Assembly: GCA_028281045.1 (NCBI GenBank)
Contig: JANQKP010000009.1
Location: 129,673-193,672, forward strand
Reading direction: 5' to 3'
Source of the DNA: Candidatus Altimarinota bacterium
Lineage (GTDB): Bacteria > Patescibacteriota > Gracilibacteria > UM-FILTER-43-11
Length of the DNA stretch: 64,000 nt
How positions within the stretch are numbered: position 1 is the first letter of the stretch; each line of letters starts with the position of its first letter. The notes beneath the pieces are model-generated. The model was not told where the DNA came from, made no database searches, and was given only the letters and a program-made list of their open reading frames with translations. The translations under genes and the position numbers were made by a program. Positions 1 to 7,414 of this stretch are shown here, in pieces.

Positions 1-162
1 ATCTCCAATATTGTATTTGCTTGAGTCATCACAGTGAGCGTAGAACTTCTTAGAGATACGGTATCTCTTTTTGTACTTAGGATGCTGTTTGTACGAATGT
101 ACAGTCACTACTAGAGTGTTTTGCATCTTATTGCTTGTGATAATTCCAGTTTTGGTACGCAT
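1..162 (-). CDS. rpsQ: 30S ribosomal protein S17 (N-terminal part; gene runs off the window start)
   Basis: Reverse-strand ATG at 160-162. My translation is MRTKTGIITSNKMQNTLVVTVHSYKQHPKYKKRYRISKKFYAHCDDSSKYNIGD, which fits S17. It lies directly after L29, as in S10 operons. Confidence 0.85.
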   Translation of the reverse strand, partial: MRTKTGIITSNKMQNTLVVTVHSYKQHPKYKKRYRISKKFYAHCDDSSKYNIGD

Positions 163-176
163 TATAAGTAAGGTTA

Positions 177-404
177 TTATTCAGAGACTTCAGTCGCTGC
201 TTTAACAGCTTCTTCCATCTTGATTTCGTTAAGCATAGTTTGGATTTGCGCTACATACTTCTTCGCTTTCGGTACTAGCGCAGTGTTTTTCTCGTGACTC
301 GTACGAACAGTCACTTTCAGGTGCATAAGGTTCTTCTGAGCTGTTTCTAGCTCTTTCTGAAGATCCGCTGCTTTCATGGTTTTAAGTTCTTGTAGAGATA
401 ACAT
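177..404 (-). CDS. rpmC: 50S ribosomal protein L29
   Basis: 75-aa ORF with an L29-like helical sequence (LQELKTMKAADLQKEL...LMHLK). Sits between L16 and S17. Confidence 0.9.
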   Translation of the reverse strand: MLSLQELKTMKAADLQKELETAQKNLMHLKVTVRTSHEKNTALVPKAKKYVAQIQTMLNEIKMEEAVKAATEVSE

Positions 405-406
405 GA

Positions 407-823
407 TTAGTGATGTTTAAATACGAATTTCGTTTTTACAGATAGTTTTGAAGATCCTAGGCGGAATGCTTCACGTGCAGTCGCTTCATCAACCCCTTCC
501 ATTTCGAACATGATTGCTCCTGGTTTAATGCGCGCTACATAGAATTCAGGGGTACCTTTACCTCCACCCATAGGTACTTCAGACGCTTTACGCGTGATTG
601 GAGTGTGAGGGAAGACACGAATCCAGATTTTACCACCACGTTTGATGTAACGAGTCATAGCACGACGAGCGGCTTCAATCTGACGAGCAGTAACTTCTCC
701 AGCCGTTTGGGCTTTTAGACCGTAGAGTCCAAAGCTCACGCGACTACCAGTGTAGGCCTTTCCTTTTAGGGCAGATCTACTGCGGTGAAGTCTTCTATGT
801 TTTTGCTTCTTAGGTTGTAACAT
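407..823 (-). CDS. rplP: 50S ribosomal protein L16
   Basis: 138 aa with L16 motifs ([32 protein letters not shown]). Operon position fits. Confidence 0.95.
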   Translation of the reverse strand: MLQPKKQKHRRLHRSRSALKGKAYTGSRVSFGLYGLKAQTAGEVTARQIEAARRAMTRYIKRGGKIWIRVFPHTPITRKASEVPMGGGKGTPEFYVARIKPGAIMFEMEGVDEATAREAFRLGSSKLSVKTKFVFKHH

Positions 824-846
824 GTCTTAAATAAAGGTTTCTTGAA

Positions 847-1515
847 TTATTTTTTGTCAGCGGCTGAAAGTGTTTGTTGCATTTTGCGTTTGAACACAAG
901 TCCGCGGTATACCCACACTTTGATTCCAATTACACCGTAAGTGGTGTTTGCACGTACTTTTGAGTAATCAATATCAGCACGTAATGTATGTAGGGGGATA
1001 TTTCCTTCTTTGAATTGCTCTGAGCGAGCGATTTCAACTCCGTTAAGGCGTCCAGACACTTGGATTTTTACTCCCTTTGCCCCAGCTTCCATGGCTTTTT
1101 GTACAGCCATTTTCGCCGCGCGACGGTAGTTAATACGTCTTTCAATCTGAGAAACCACCATTTGTCCGATAAGTTCAGCTGAAAGATCTGGATCAGAAAC
1201 TTCGATGATATTTACATCGATGTTTTGTCCGAACTTCTTACGAAGATCATCTTTAAGGTCTTCAATAGCCACCCCTTGGCGACCGATGATAAGACCAGGC
1301 TTACCAGCGTGAACGTTTACTACAATCTTGTTAGCAAAGCGTTCTACTTCTACTTTCGTAATTGCACCGTTTTTCAGTTTCTTACGAATGTACTGTTTAA
1401 GCTTTAAGTCATCATGGAGTAAATCCTTGTATTTCTTACCCGCAGCGAACCATTTAGAGTCCCATGAGCGGATAATTCCGAGTCTTAGTGATGTAGGATT
1501 AACTTTTTGTCCCAT
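847..1515 (-). CDS. rpsC: 30S ribosomal protein S3
   Basis: 222 aa starting MGQKVNP, with KH-domain and S3 C-terminal motifs (GRLNGVEIARSE). Confidence 0.95.
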   Translation of the reverse strand: MGQKVNPTSLRLGIIRSWDSKWFAAGKKYKDLLHDDLKLKQYIRKKLKNGAITKVEVERFANKIVVNVHAGKPGLIIGRQGVAIEDLKDDLRKKFGQNIDVNIIEVSDPDLSAELIGQMVVSQIERRINYRRAAKMAVQKAMEAGAKGVKIQVSGRLNGVEIARSEQFKEGNIPLHTLRADIDYSKVRANTTYGVIGIKVWVYRGLVFKRKMQQTLSAADKK

Positions 1516-1539
1516 AACGTTTTAAAGATTAAAAATTGA

Positions 1540-2049
1540 TTATTTAGTAGATTTCTTAGGAGCTGCCTTTTTAGCTGGTGCTTTCTTGGCAGGAGCCTTT
1601 TTAGCCGTAGTCGCTTTCTTAGCTGGCGCTTTCTTTTCTTCTTTTACTTCTTCAGCTTGTTTCTTGATCGCTTCAGGCTTAGCAGAAGTTTGTTTCACTT
1701 CTAGGCTTCCTTTTTTCGCAGGAGCAGCGGCTCCAACTTCTACAGTAATGTGAGAAGTTCTTTTACGAATTGGGTGCACACGTCCACGAGAGATTGGAAG
1801 AGAGCGTTTATAAGTAGGACCTTTGGTCACTAGAAGTTTAGTGATCACTAGATCATCGATATTTTGCTTGAAGTTGTTCTTAGCGTTACTTGCAGCACTT
1901 TGTACTACTTTGTAGATAACATCAGCTCCTTTTTTAGGCATGAACTTAAGGATCTCAAGCGCTTCATTAACGCTTTTTCCACGAACCGTTCCAGCCACTA
2001 GATTGGCTTTCTTAGGTGAGATACGAGTTCTTCTTAGTACTGCTTTCAT
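1540..2049 (-). CDS. rplV: 50S ribosomal protein L22 with Lys/Ala-rich C-terminal extension
   Basis: L22 core (RISPKKANLVAGTVRGKSVNEALEILKFMPKK). It is followed by a tail of about 60 aa containing APAKKA-type repeats. Confidence 0.93.
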   Translation of the reverse strand: MKAVLRRTRISPKKANLVAGTVRGKSVNEALEILKFMPKKGADVIYKVVQSAASNAKNNFKQNIDDLVITKLLVTKGPTYKRSLPISRGRVHPIRKRTSHITVEVGAAAPAKKGSLEVKQTSAKPEAIKKQAEEVKEEKKAPAKKATTAKKAPAKKAPAKKAAPKKSTK

Positions 2050-2076
2050 GAGAATTTAAATAAAGGTTTCTAGTAA

Positions 2077-2346
2077 TTATTTAGCCATTTTTCCACCATG
2101 GGTCTTGAACTTACGAGTAGGAGCAAATTCTCCGAATTTGTGACCTACCATGTTCTCGGTAACGAAGACAGAAATGTGGGTTTTTCCGTTGTGAACACCG
2201 AAGGTGTGCCCAACGAATTCTGGAGAGATTGCACTAGAGCGAGCCCAGGTGCGGATCACTTTCTTTTGACCAGCAGCGTTCATCGCTTCTACTTTCTTAG
2301 CGAGTGCTGGGTCTACCCAAATTCCTTTTTTAATACTTCGAGCCAT
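2077..2346 (-). CDS. rpsS: 30S ribosomal protein S19
   Basis: 89 aa with S19 motifs ([20 protein letters not shown]). Confidence 0.95.
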   Translation of the reverse strand: MARSIKKGIWVDPALAKKVEAMNAAGQKKVIRTWARSSAISPEFVGHTFGVHNGKTHISVFVTENMVGHKFGEFAPTRKFKTHGGKMAK

Positions 2347-2368
2347 AGGGGAAAATTAAGTTAAATAA

Positions 2369-3208
2369 TTAGCGCTTCTTCTTGCGACGAGGCTTAACAA
2401 TAAGATGGTCTGAATGCTTAGCGCGGCGAGTTTTCTTCCCAAGAGCCACTTTCCCCCATGGGGTTTTAGGCATTTTAGGACCAATAGCCGTGTGACCTTC
2501 ACCTCCACCATGTGGATGATCAGCCGCATTCATAGATTTACCAAGAACTTGTGGACGACGTCCCATAAGACGCTTACGTCCAGCTTTACCGATTACTACA
2601 TTTTGATGATCTAGGTTAGAAACCACACCAATAGTAGCGAAACAGTCTTTAGAAACAAAGCGTACAGATCCAGAAGGAAGCATCACTTGAGCTAGCTCTG
2701 AATCTAGAGAAACTACTTTTCCAGAAGAACCAGCAGAGCGAATGATTTGCCCTCCTTTTCCTTCTTTAAGTTCTAGATTGTAAATATCGAATCCAACAGG
2801 GATGTTTCTGATTTGCATGCGGTTCCCTGGTTTGATTTTAGCTTTAGCGCTACAGATAATGTGGTCTCCCACGTTGATTTTATCTGGAGCAAGCATGTAT
2901 CTGCGTTCTCCATCTGCGTAAAGCAGAAGAGCAATCCAAGCCGTACGGTTTGGATCATATTCAACGGTTTCAACCGTAGCTGGAATATCTAGCTTGTCGA
3001 AACGTTTGAAATCAATCTTGCGATAAGCTTGTTTAACTCCACCACCACGGTGACGCACGGTAATGCGACCTTGGTTATTACGACCAGATTTCTTAGGCTT
3101 AGCCTCAAGAAGTGGTTTATGAGGCTTATTAGTCGTGATTTCAGCGAACGCATTCACGCTCATGTTACGACGCCCCGGTGTTGTTGGCTTGTATACTTTA
3201 ATCGGCAT
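2369..3208 (-). CDS. rplB: 50S ribosomal protein L2
   Basis: 279 aa with L2 motifs (RHRGGG, MNAADHPHGGGEG). Its start overlaps the L23 stop by 1 nt. Confidence 0.97.
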   Translation of the reverse strand: MPIKVYKPTTPGRRNMSVNAFAEITTNKPHKPLLEAKPKKSGRNNQGRITVRHRGGGVKQAYRKIDFKRFDKLDIPATVETVEYDPNRTAWIALLLYADGERRYMLAPDKINVGDHIICSAKAKIKPGNRMQIRNIPVGFDIYNLELKEGKGGQIIRSAGSSGKVVSLDSELAQVMLPSGSVRFVSKDCFATIGVVSNLDHQNVVIGKAGRKRLMGRRPQVLGKSMNAADHPHGGGEGHTAIGPKMPKTPWGKVALGKKTRRAKHSDHLIVKPRRKKKR

Positions 3209-3507
3209 TATTTCGCAGATTTAAATTTATTAAAGTCGATTGATTCTTTTTCTTTAAGCGTTACCACAGCTTTCTTAGCTGCGTGACGCTTAGTCATAGT
3301 GCGTCCACGTCCGATAAGACGTGTCTTTTTAAGCACCTTATTCACGTTTACAGAGTCTACTTTTACCCCGTATGCGTCAGATACCGCCTGAGCGATCTCT
3401 ACTTTAGTAGCATCTGGGTGTACTAGGAAGGTGTACTTACGATCAGCGTGTCCGTTAGTAGACTTTTCCGTAACAACCGGTGACTGTATAACTTGATTAA
3501 GTTGCAT
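3208..3507 (-). CDS. rplW: 50S ribosomal protein L23
   Basis: 99 aa with an L23-like sequence (PVVTEKS...YTFLV). Operon position fits. Confidence 0.9.
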   Translation of the reverse strand: MQLNQVIQSPVVTEKSTNGHADRKYTFLVHPDATKVEIAQAVSDAYGVKVDSVNVNKVLKKTRLIGRGRTMTKRHAAKKAVVTLKEKESIDFNKFKSAK

Positions 3508-3512
3508 AAAAA

Positions 3513-4142
3513 TTATTTAGATAGGAATAGTTCTTCAGCTTTCTTAAGCGCAGGTTCCATGAACATTACTTTTTCGTATTTCAGTAGATCGTGCACGCTA
3601 AGGTAGTTAACTAGAACCGTTTTAACATTAGGTAGATTGCTTGCAGATTTCTCAAGGTTAGCGTTTTTCTCATCTAGAACCACAAGTACAGAGCGATCTA
3701 CTGGAAGTTTTGCTACAAAAGCAGCAAAATCTTTAGTTTTAGGCTCTTTGGCTTCGTATTTATCTAGAGCAAAGATGCTTCCTTTAGCCGCTTGTTGAGA
3801 TAGGGCAGAGAATAGGGCTGCACGACGAGACTTTCTGTTCATACGTTTGAAGAAAGTACGTACGTTACGAGGTCCGAATACAATTCCTCCTCCTCTCCAT
3901 ACTGGATTACGAGATGAACCAACACGAGCGCGTCCAGTTCCTTTCTGTCTCCATGGCTTTTTACCACCACCGCGAACTTCTCCACGTTGTTTCACGTGAG
4001 CAATAGGCTTACGTGCGTTAGTCATTTCAAGATTAAGGTGAAGGCGTAGAAGCTCTTCATTTACATCTGCTTTAAACAGTTTGTCTGAAGCATCTGTAGT
4101 TCCTTTCTTGGTTCCCGATTGTGTATAGAGATCTAGTTTCAT
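3513..4142 (-). CDS. rplD: 50S ribosomal protein L4
   Basis: 209 aa with L4 motifs (RGGGKKPWRQKGTGRAR, GGGIVFGP). Confidence 0.95.
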   Translation of the reverse strand: MKLDLYTQSGTKKGTTDASDKLFKADVNEELLRLHLNLEMTNARKPIAHVKQRGEVRGGGKKPWRQKGTGRARVGSSRNPVWRGGGIVFGPRNVRTFFKRMNRKSRRAALFSALSQQAAKGSIFALDKYEAKEPKTKDFAAFVAKLPVDRSVLVVLDEKNANLEKSASNLPNVKTVLVNYLSVHDLLKYEKVMFMEPALKKAEELFLSK

Positions 4143-4156
4143 TAAATGAAATTCAA

Positions 4157-4735
4157 TTAGAAGTTGATGTAAACATAAGCACTATTAGGCCCAGGAACAG
4201 GTCCTTGGATCCCAATAAGGTCTTTATCTTTGTGTACAGCGAGTACAGGACGATTCTTAAGTGTAACGGTTTTAAAACCATGGTGACCTGGAAGCTTTTT
4301 CCCTTTCATCACACGTCCTGGCTTGGCACACATACCAATAGAACCTGGTTCTCTATGATGGTGAGAACCATGTGTTTCAGGACCACGAGAAAATCCGTGG
4401 CGCTTGATCACTCCAGCGAAACCTTTACCTTTAGAGGTCGCACTTACAGTAACACTGTCTACATCTGTTAAAGAACTTACGTCAACGGTGTCACCCTTTT
4501 TGTAGCTACTAGTGTCTTCAACGCGGAATTCTTTCTTAGTCTTGAAGTTCTTATTCTTAGAAGGATTCTTGTATGCATCGAAACCTAGGACTAGCGCCGG
4601 ATATCCATCTTTCTCCTGTGTCTTCACTTGAACAATAGTGTTCGGCTGACATTGGATGTAAGTGATAGGGATCACACGACCGTCGTCTTGAATGATTTGA
4701 CTCATTCCGATTTTTTTGCCAATTATTCCAGGCAT
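4157..4735 (-). CDS. rplC: 50S ribosomal protein L3
   Basis: 192 aa with L3 motifs (GKKIGMSQI, SKGKGFAGVIKRHGF, PGSIG). Confidence 0.95.
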   Translation of the reverse strand: MPGIIGKKIGMSQIIQDDGRVIPITYIQCQPNTIVQVKTQEKDGYPALVLGFDAYKNPSKNKNFKTKKEFRVEDTSSYKKGDTVDVSSLTDVDSVTVSATSKGKGFAGVIKRHGFSRGPETHGSHHHREPGSIGMCAKPGRVMKGKKLPGHHGFKTVTLKNRPVLAVHKDKDLIGIQGPVPGPNSAYVYINF

Positions 4736-4801
4736 AGTATTTATTGGTTAAGGTAGGTTTTGGCTAGGCCTCGCCTACACGGATAACTTGAATGCCTGCC
4801 T

Positions 4802-4829
4802 ATTTTACCTATGAAAAAGTTAAAGTCAA
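4802..4829 (-). promoter_or_regulatory. sigma70-like promoter for the rplC...rpsQ operon
   Basis: The minus strand reads TTGACT (4829-4824), a 16-nt spacer, then TAAAAT (4807-4802). It is followed by a leader of about 65 nt able to form a GGCAGGC/GCCT(A)GCC stem before the rplC ATG. Confidence 0.5.
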
Positions 4830-4996
4830 GAAGAAAATGGACAAAATGTCGAGATTTCATAAAAATCATGCATTTTGGACACATTTTCATAGAGAAAATA
4901 CGAAAAAATGAATTTTAGACTTTGGACAGGAAATTGAAAATATTTTACAACAAATATTTTTTAAGCTAATGTAATCCCTAAGATAACGTTTGCCCT

Positions 4997-5302
4997 ATGT
5001 TTAATCATGTTGAATTAGAAATTAAAAGCCAGCGTAAGCTTGAGCCCGAAGAAGAAGCTAACCTCAGAGCTGGCCTAGGCCGCTCTGGTGTTGAAGTTAA
5101 GAATTTAACCTTCGATGAAGAAAGAGGCTCTATTACAGTAGTTGGAGTTTTAGATGAAAACCAAGTGGTACAAGCCATAAGACAAAACCTAACCAATCTG
5201 CTTCCAGTTCCAGAAGCTGCTGTACAAGTAGGCACTGCTTTTGAAGTAGTGAACTTTGAAGGCATCCCTGGAATAGGCAAATTACAAAAAACCCACCAAT
5301 AA
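4997..5302 (+). CDS. hypothetical protein (101 aa), opposite strand, between rpsJ and rplC
   Basis: The ORF has protein-like composition (E/V/L-rich, no low complexity). The antisense ORF 5005-5280 looks like noise. I recognise no motif, and its stop codon lies inside the 5291-5310 hairpin. Confidence 0.45.
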   Translation: MFNHVELEIKSQRKLEPEEEANLRAGLGRSGVEVKNLTFDEERGSITVVGVLDENQVVQAIRQNLTNLLPVPEAAVQVGTAFEVVNFEGIPGIGKLQKTHQ

Positions 5303-5313
5303 TGGTGGGTTTC
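5285..5313 (-). terminator. intrinsic terminator just downstream of rpsJ (bidirectional geometry)
   Basis: Stem ACCCACC (5291-5297) pairs with GGTGGGT (5304-5310). On the minus strand it is followed by TTTTTT. On the plus strand only TTTCT follows. Confidence 0.65.
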
Positions 5314-5336
5314 TAAAAGCTTATTTAAGTTGGCTT

Positions 5337-5669
5337 TTAAGCCGCTGCAAGCATCTTGATCTCAATATCTACTCCAGCAGGCAGAGAAAGGTTTGTAAGG
5401 CTTTCAATAGTAGCTGAGGTGGTGTCATTAAGGTCGATCAGACGTTTGTGAATACGCATTTCGAATTGTTCACGACTATCTTTCGATACGAAAGTAGATT
5501 TATTAACAGTGAACTTTTTAATCTTTGTAGGAAGTGGAATCGGACCAGCAACGATAGCGCCAGTACGTTCTGCAGTTTCGATGATCATTTTCACTGCGTT
5601 ATCCATGATCGTGTGATCAAAAGATTTAAGCGTAATACGGATTTTTTGAGAGGGGGCTTTCTTAGCCAT
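5337..5669 (-). CDS. rpsJ: 30S ribosomal protein S10
   Basis: 110 aa with an S10 pattern ([11 protein letters not shown]...GPIPLPTK...HKRLIDL). Confidence 0.95.
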   Translation of the reverse strand: MAKKAPSQKIRITLKSFDHTIMDNAVKMIIETAERTGAIVAGPIPLPTKIKKFTVNKSTFVSKDSREQFEMRIHKRLIDLNDTTSATIESLTNLSLPAGVDIEIKMLAAA

Positions 5670-5702
5670 GGTAAAGATCAGTTAGAGTAATAGACTTTAT
5701 AG

Positions 5703-5726
5703 ACCAGAGAACCGAAGTTCTCTGGT
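5703..5726 (-). other. perfect 10-bp hairpin with UUCG tetraloop in the tuf-rpsJ spacer
   Basis: The minus-strand RNA would read ACCAGAGAAC-UUCG-GUUCUCUGGU. No U-tract follows, so it is not a canonical terminator. Confidence 0.5.
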
Positions 5727-5737
5727 TCAAAAGGCGA

Positions 5738-6931
5738 TTAAGCAATGATAGAAGTAACAACTCCCGCACCTACTGTGCGTCCACCTTCACGAATCGCGAA
5801 GCGAGTTCCTTCATCAAGGGCAATAGCAGATCCAAGTTTAACTTTAAGTTTAACGTTGTCTCCAGGCATCACCATTTCAGTTCCATCAGGAAGAGTACAA
5901 TCTCCAGTTACATCAGTAGTACGGATGTAGAATTGAGGTTTGTATCCTTTGAAGAATGGAGTGTGACGTCCACCTTCTTCTTTTGTAAGTACGTATACTT
6001 CACATTCGAATTCAGTGTGTGGGTTAATAGAACCTGACTTAGCAAGTACTTGTCCACGTTCGATATCGTCACGTTCAACTCCACGAAGAAGCAATCCAAC
6101 GTTATCTCCAGCTTCACCACGATCTAGTAGCTTACGGAACATTTCTACTCCAGTTACTACTACTTTAGTAGTGTCTTTGATTCCAACGATTTCAACTTCA
6201 TCATTTACGTTGATAGTACCTTGTTCGATACGTCCAGTTGCAACAGTACCACGTCCTTTAATAGAGAACACGTCCTCAACTGGCATTAGGAAAGGTTTAT
6301 CAAGAGCACGTTCTGGAGTTGGGATGTACTCATCAAGTTTGTTAAGAAGTTCCACAACTGGTTCAGCGTCTGGACCAGATGGGTTTTCTAGAGCTTTAAG
6401 AGCAGATCCACGGATGATAGGAATATCATCTCCAGGGAATTCGTACTTGTTTAGAAGTTCACGAACTTCCATTTCAACAAGATCTACTAGCTCAGGATCG
6501 TCAACCATATCAATCTTGTTTAGGAAAACAACGATGTATGGAACGTTTACCTGACGAGCAAGTAGGATATGTTCGCGAGTCTGTGGCATAGGACCATCAG
6601 CAGCGTTTACAACAAGAATAGCACCATCCATTTGAGCGGCACCTGTAATCATGTTTTTAACATAATCAGCATGTCCTGGACAGTCTACATGAGCGTAGTG
6701 ACGTTTTTCAGTCTCATACTCTTGATGAGAAGTAGCGATCGTGATACCACGTTCACGTTCTTCTGGTGCGTTGTCGATATTATCGAAAGCAACGGCTTTG
6801 TTGTTCCCACCAATTTTCGCAGCGGCAACATTTGTAATAGCCGCAGATAGAGTAGTTTTACCATGGTCAACGTGACCAATAGTCCCTACGTTAACATGTG
6901 GTTTGCTGCGGTCAAAAGTTCCTTCAGCCAT
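5738..6931 (-). CDS. tuf: elongation factor Tu
   Basis: 397 aa with [14 protein letters not shown] and NKID G-motifs and full-length EF-Tu architecture. Confidence 0.98.
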   Translation of the reverse strand: MAEGTFDRSKPHVNVGTIGHVDHGKTTLSAAITNVAAAKIGGNNKAVAFDNIDNAPEERERGITIATSHQEYETEKRHYAHVDCPGHADYVKNMITGAAQMDGAILVVNAADGPMPQTREHILLARQVNVPYIVVFLNKIDMVDDPELVDLVEMEVRELLNKYEFPGDDIPIIRGSALKALENPSGPDAEPVVELLNKLDEYIPTPERALDKPFLMPVEDVFSIKGRGTVATGRIEQGTINVNDEVEIVGIKDTTKVVVTGVEMFRKLLDRGEAGDNVGLLLRGVERDDIERGQVLAKSGSINPHTEFECEVYVLTKEEGGRHTPFFKGYKPQFYIRTTDVTGDCTLPDGTEMVMPGDNVKLKVKLGSAIALDEGTRFAIREGGRTVGAGVVTSIIA

Positions 6932-6982
6932 TTTAATAATGTATTAGGTATAAATATGCCCTGCAAAAAGCAAAGCACGAGG

Positions 6983-7011
6983 ATTCTATCAAAGGCCCCA
7001 TGCCGTGTCAA
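6983..7011 (-). promoter_or_regulatory. sigma70-like promoter for tuf
   Basis: The minus strand reads TTGACA (7011-7006), a 17-nt spacer, then TGaTAGAAT (-10 hexamer 6988-6983, extended -10 TG present). Confidence 0.6.
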
Positions 7012-7043
7012 AGGTTTTTTATTTGACTAGGAAAAAACCCCTT

Positions 7044-7400
7044 TTATTCTATGGTGATTACATTGTCATTTCCCTCTGGAATAGGTTCAACTTCTTCAGG
7101 TTCAACAGGTAGATCTTCTGGGACCGGCTCAAAAGTAAAGCCTTCTACTATAGGATCAGGAGAAAGATTAATAGTGTCTTCCTCAATAACATCTTCAACA
7201 AACGTTGGAGCATCTATATTATCCGGCACAGTCTGCTGTGGAGTAACCACTTCAGCCACCTCAGGGGCTTTCTCTTTCATTGCAGCTGGAGCCTCACTTA
7301 ATTCAGGGTTTAAAAGCACAAATACGCTATATAGCGCAAAGGCAAGCCCTAACGTTAGAACAATTAACCAAATTCTTAAGTAAATATCTTTTTTCTCCAT
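7044..7400 (-). CDS. small membrane-anchored acidic/Pro-rich protein (partner of fibre gene 7415-10045)
   Basis: 118 aa. It has one N-terminal TM helix (YLRIWLIVLTLGLAFALYSVFVL) followed by an E/P/D-rich region. It is a paralog in architecture of 10403-10909. Confidence 0.7.
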   Translation of the reverse strand: MEKKDIYLRIWLIVLTLGLAFALYSVFVLLNPELSEAPAAMKEKAPEVAEVVTPQQTVPDNIDAPTFVEDVIEEDTINLSPDPIVEGFTFEPVPEDLPVEPEEVEPIPEGNDNVITIE

Positions 7401-7414
7401 TTTAATAAGTTAAA

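Noticed and set aside
6015-6554. 179-aa ORF on the plus strand inside tuf.
   Set aside because: It is antisense to a high-confidence EF-Tu gene. Its S/T/R/P-rich composition is typical of antisense frames of highly expressed genes.
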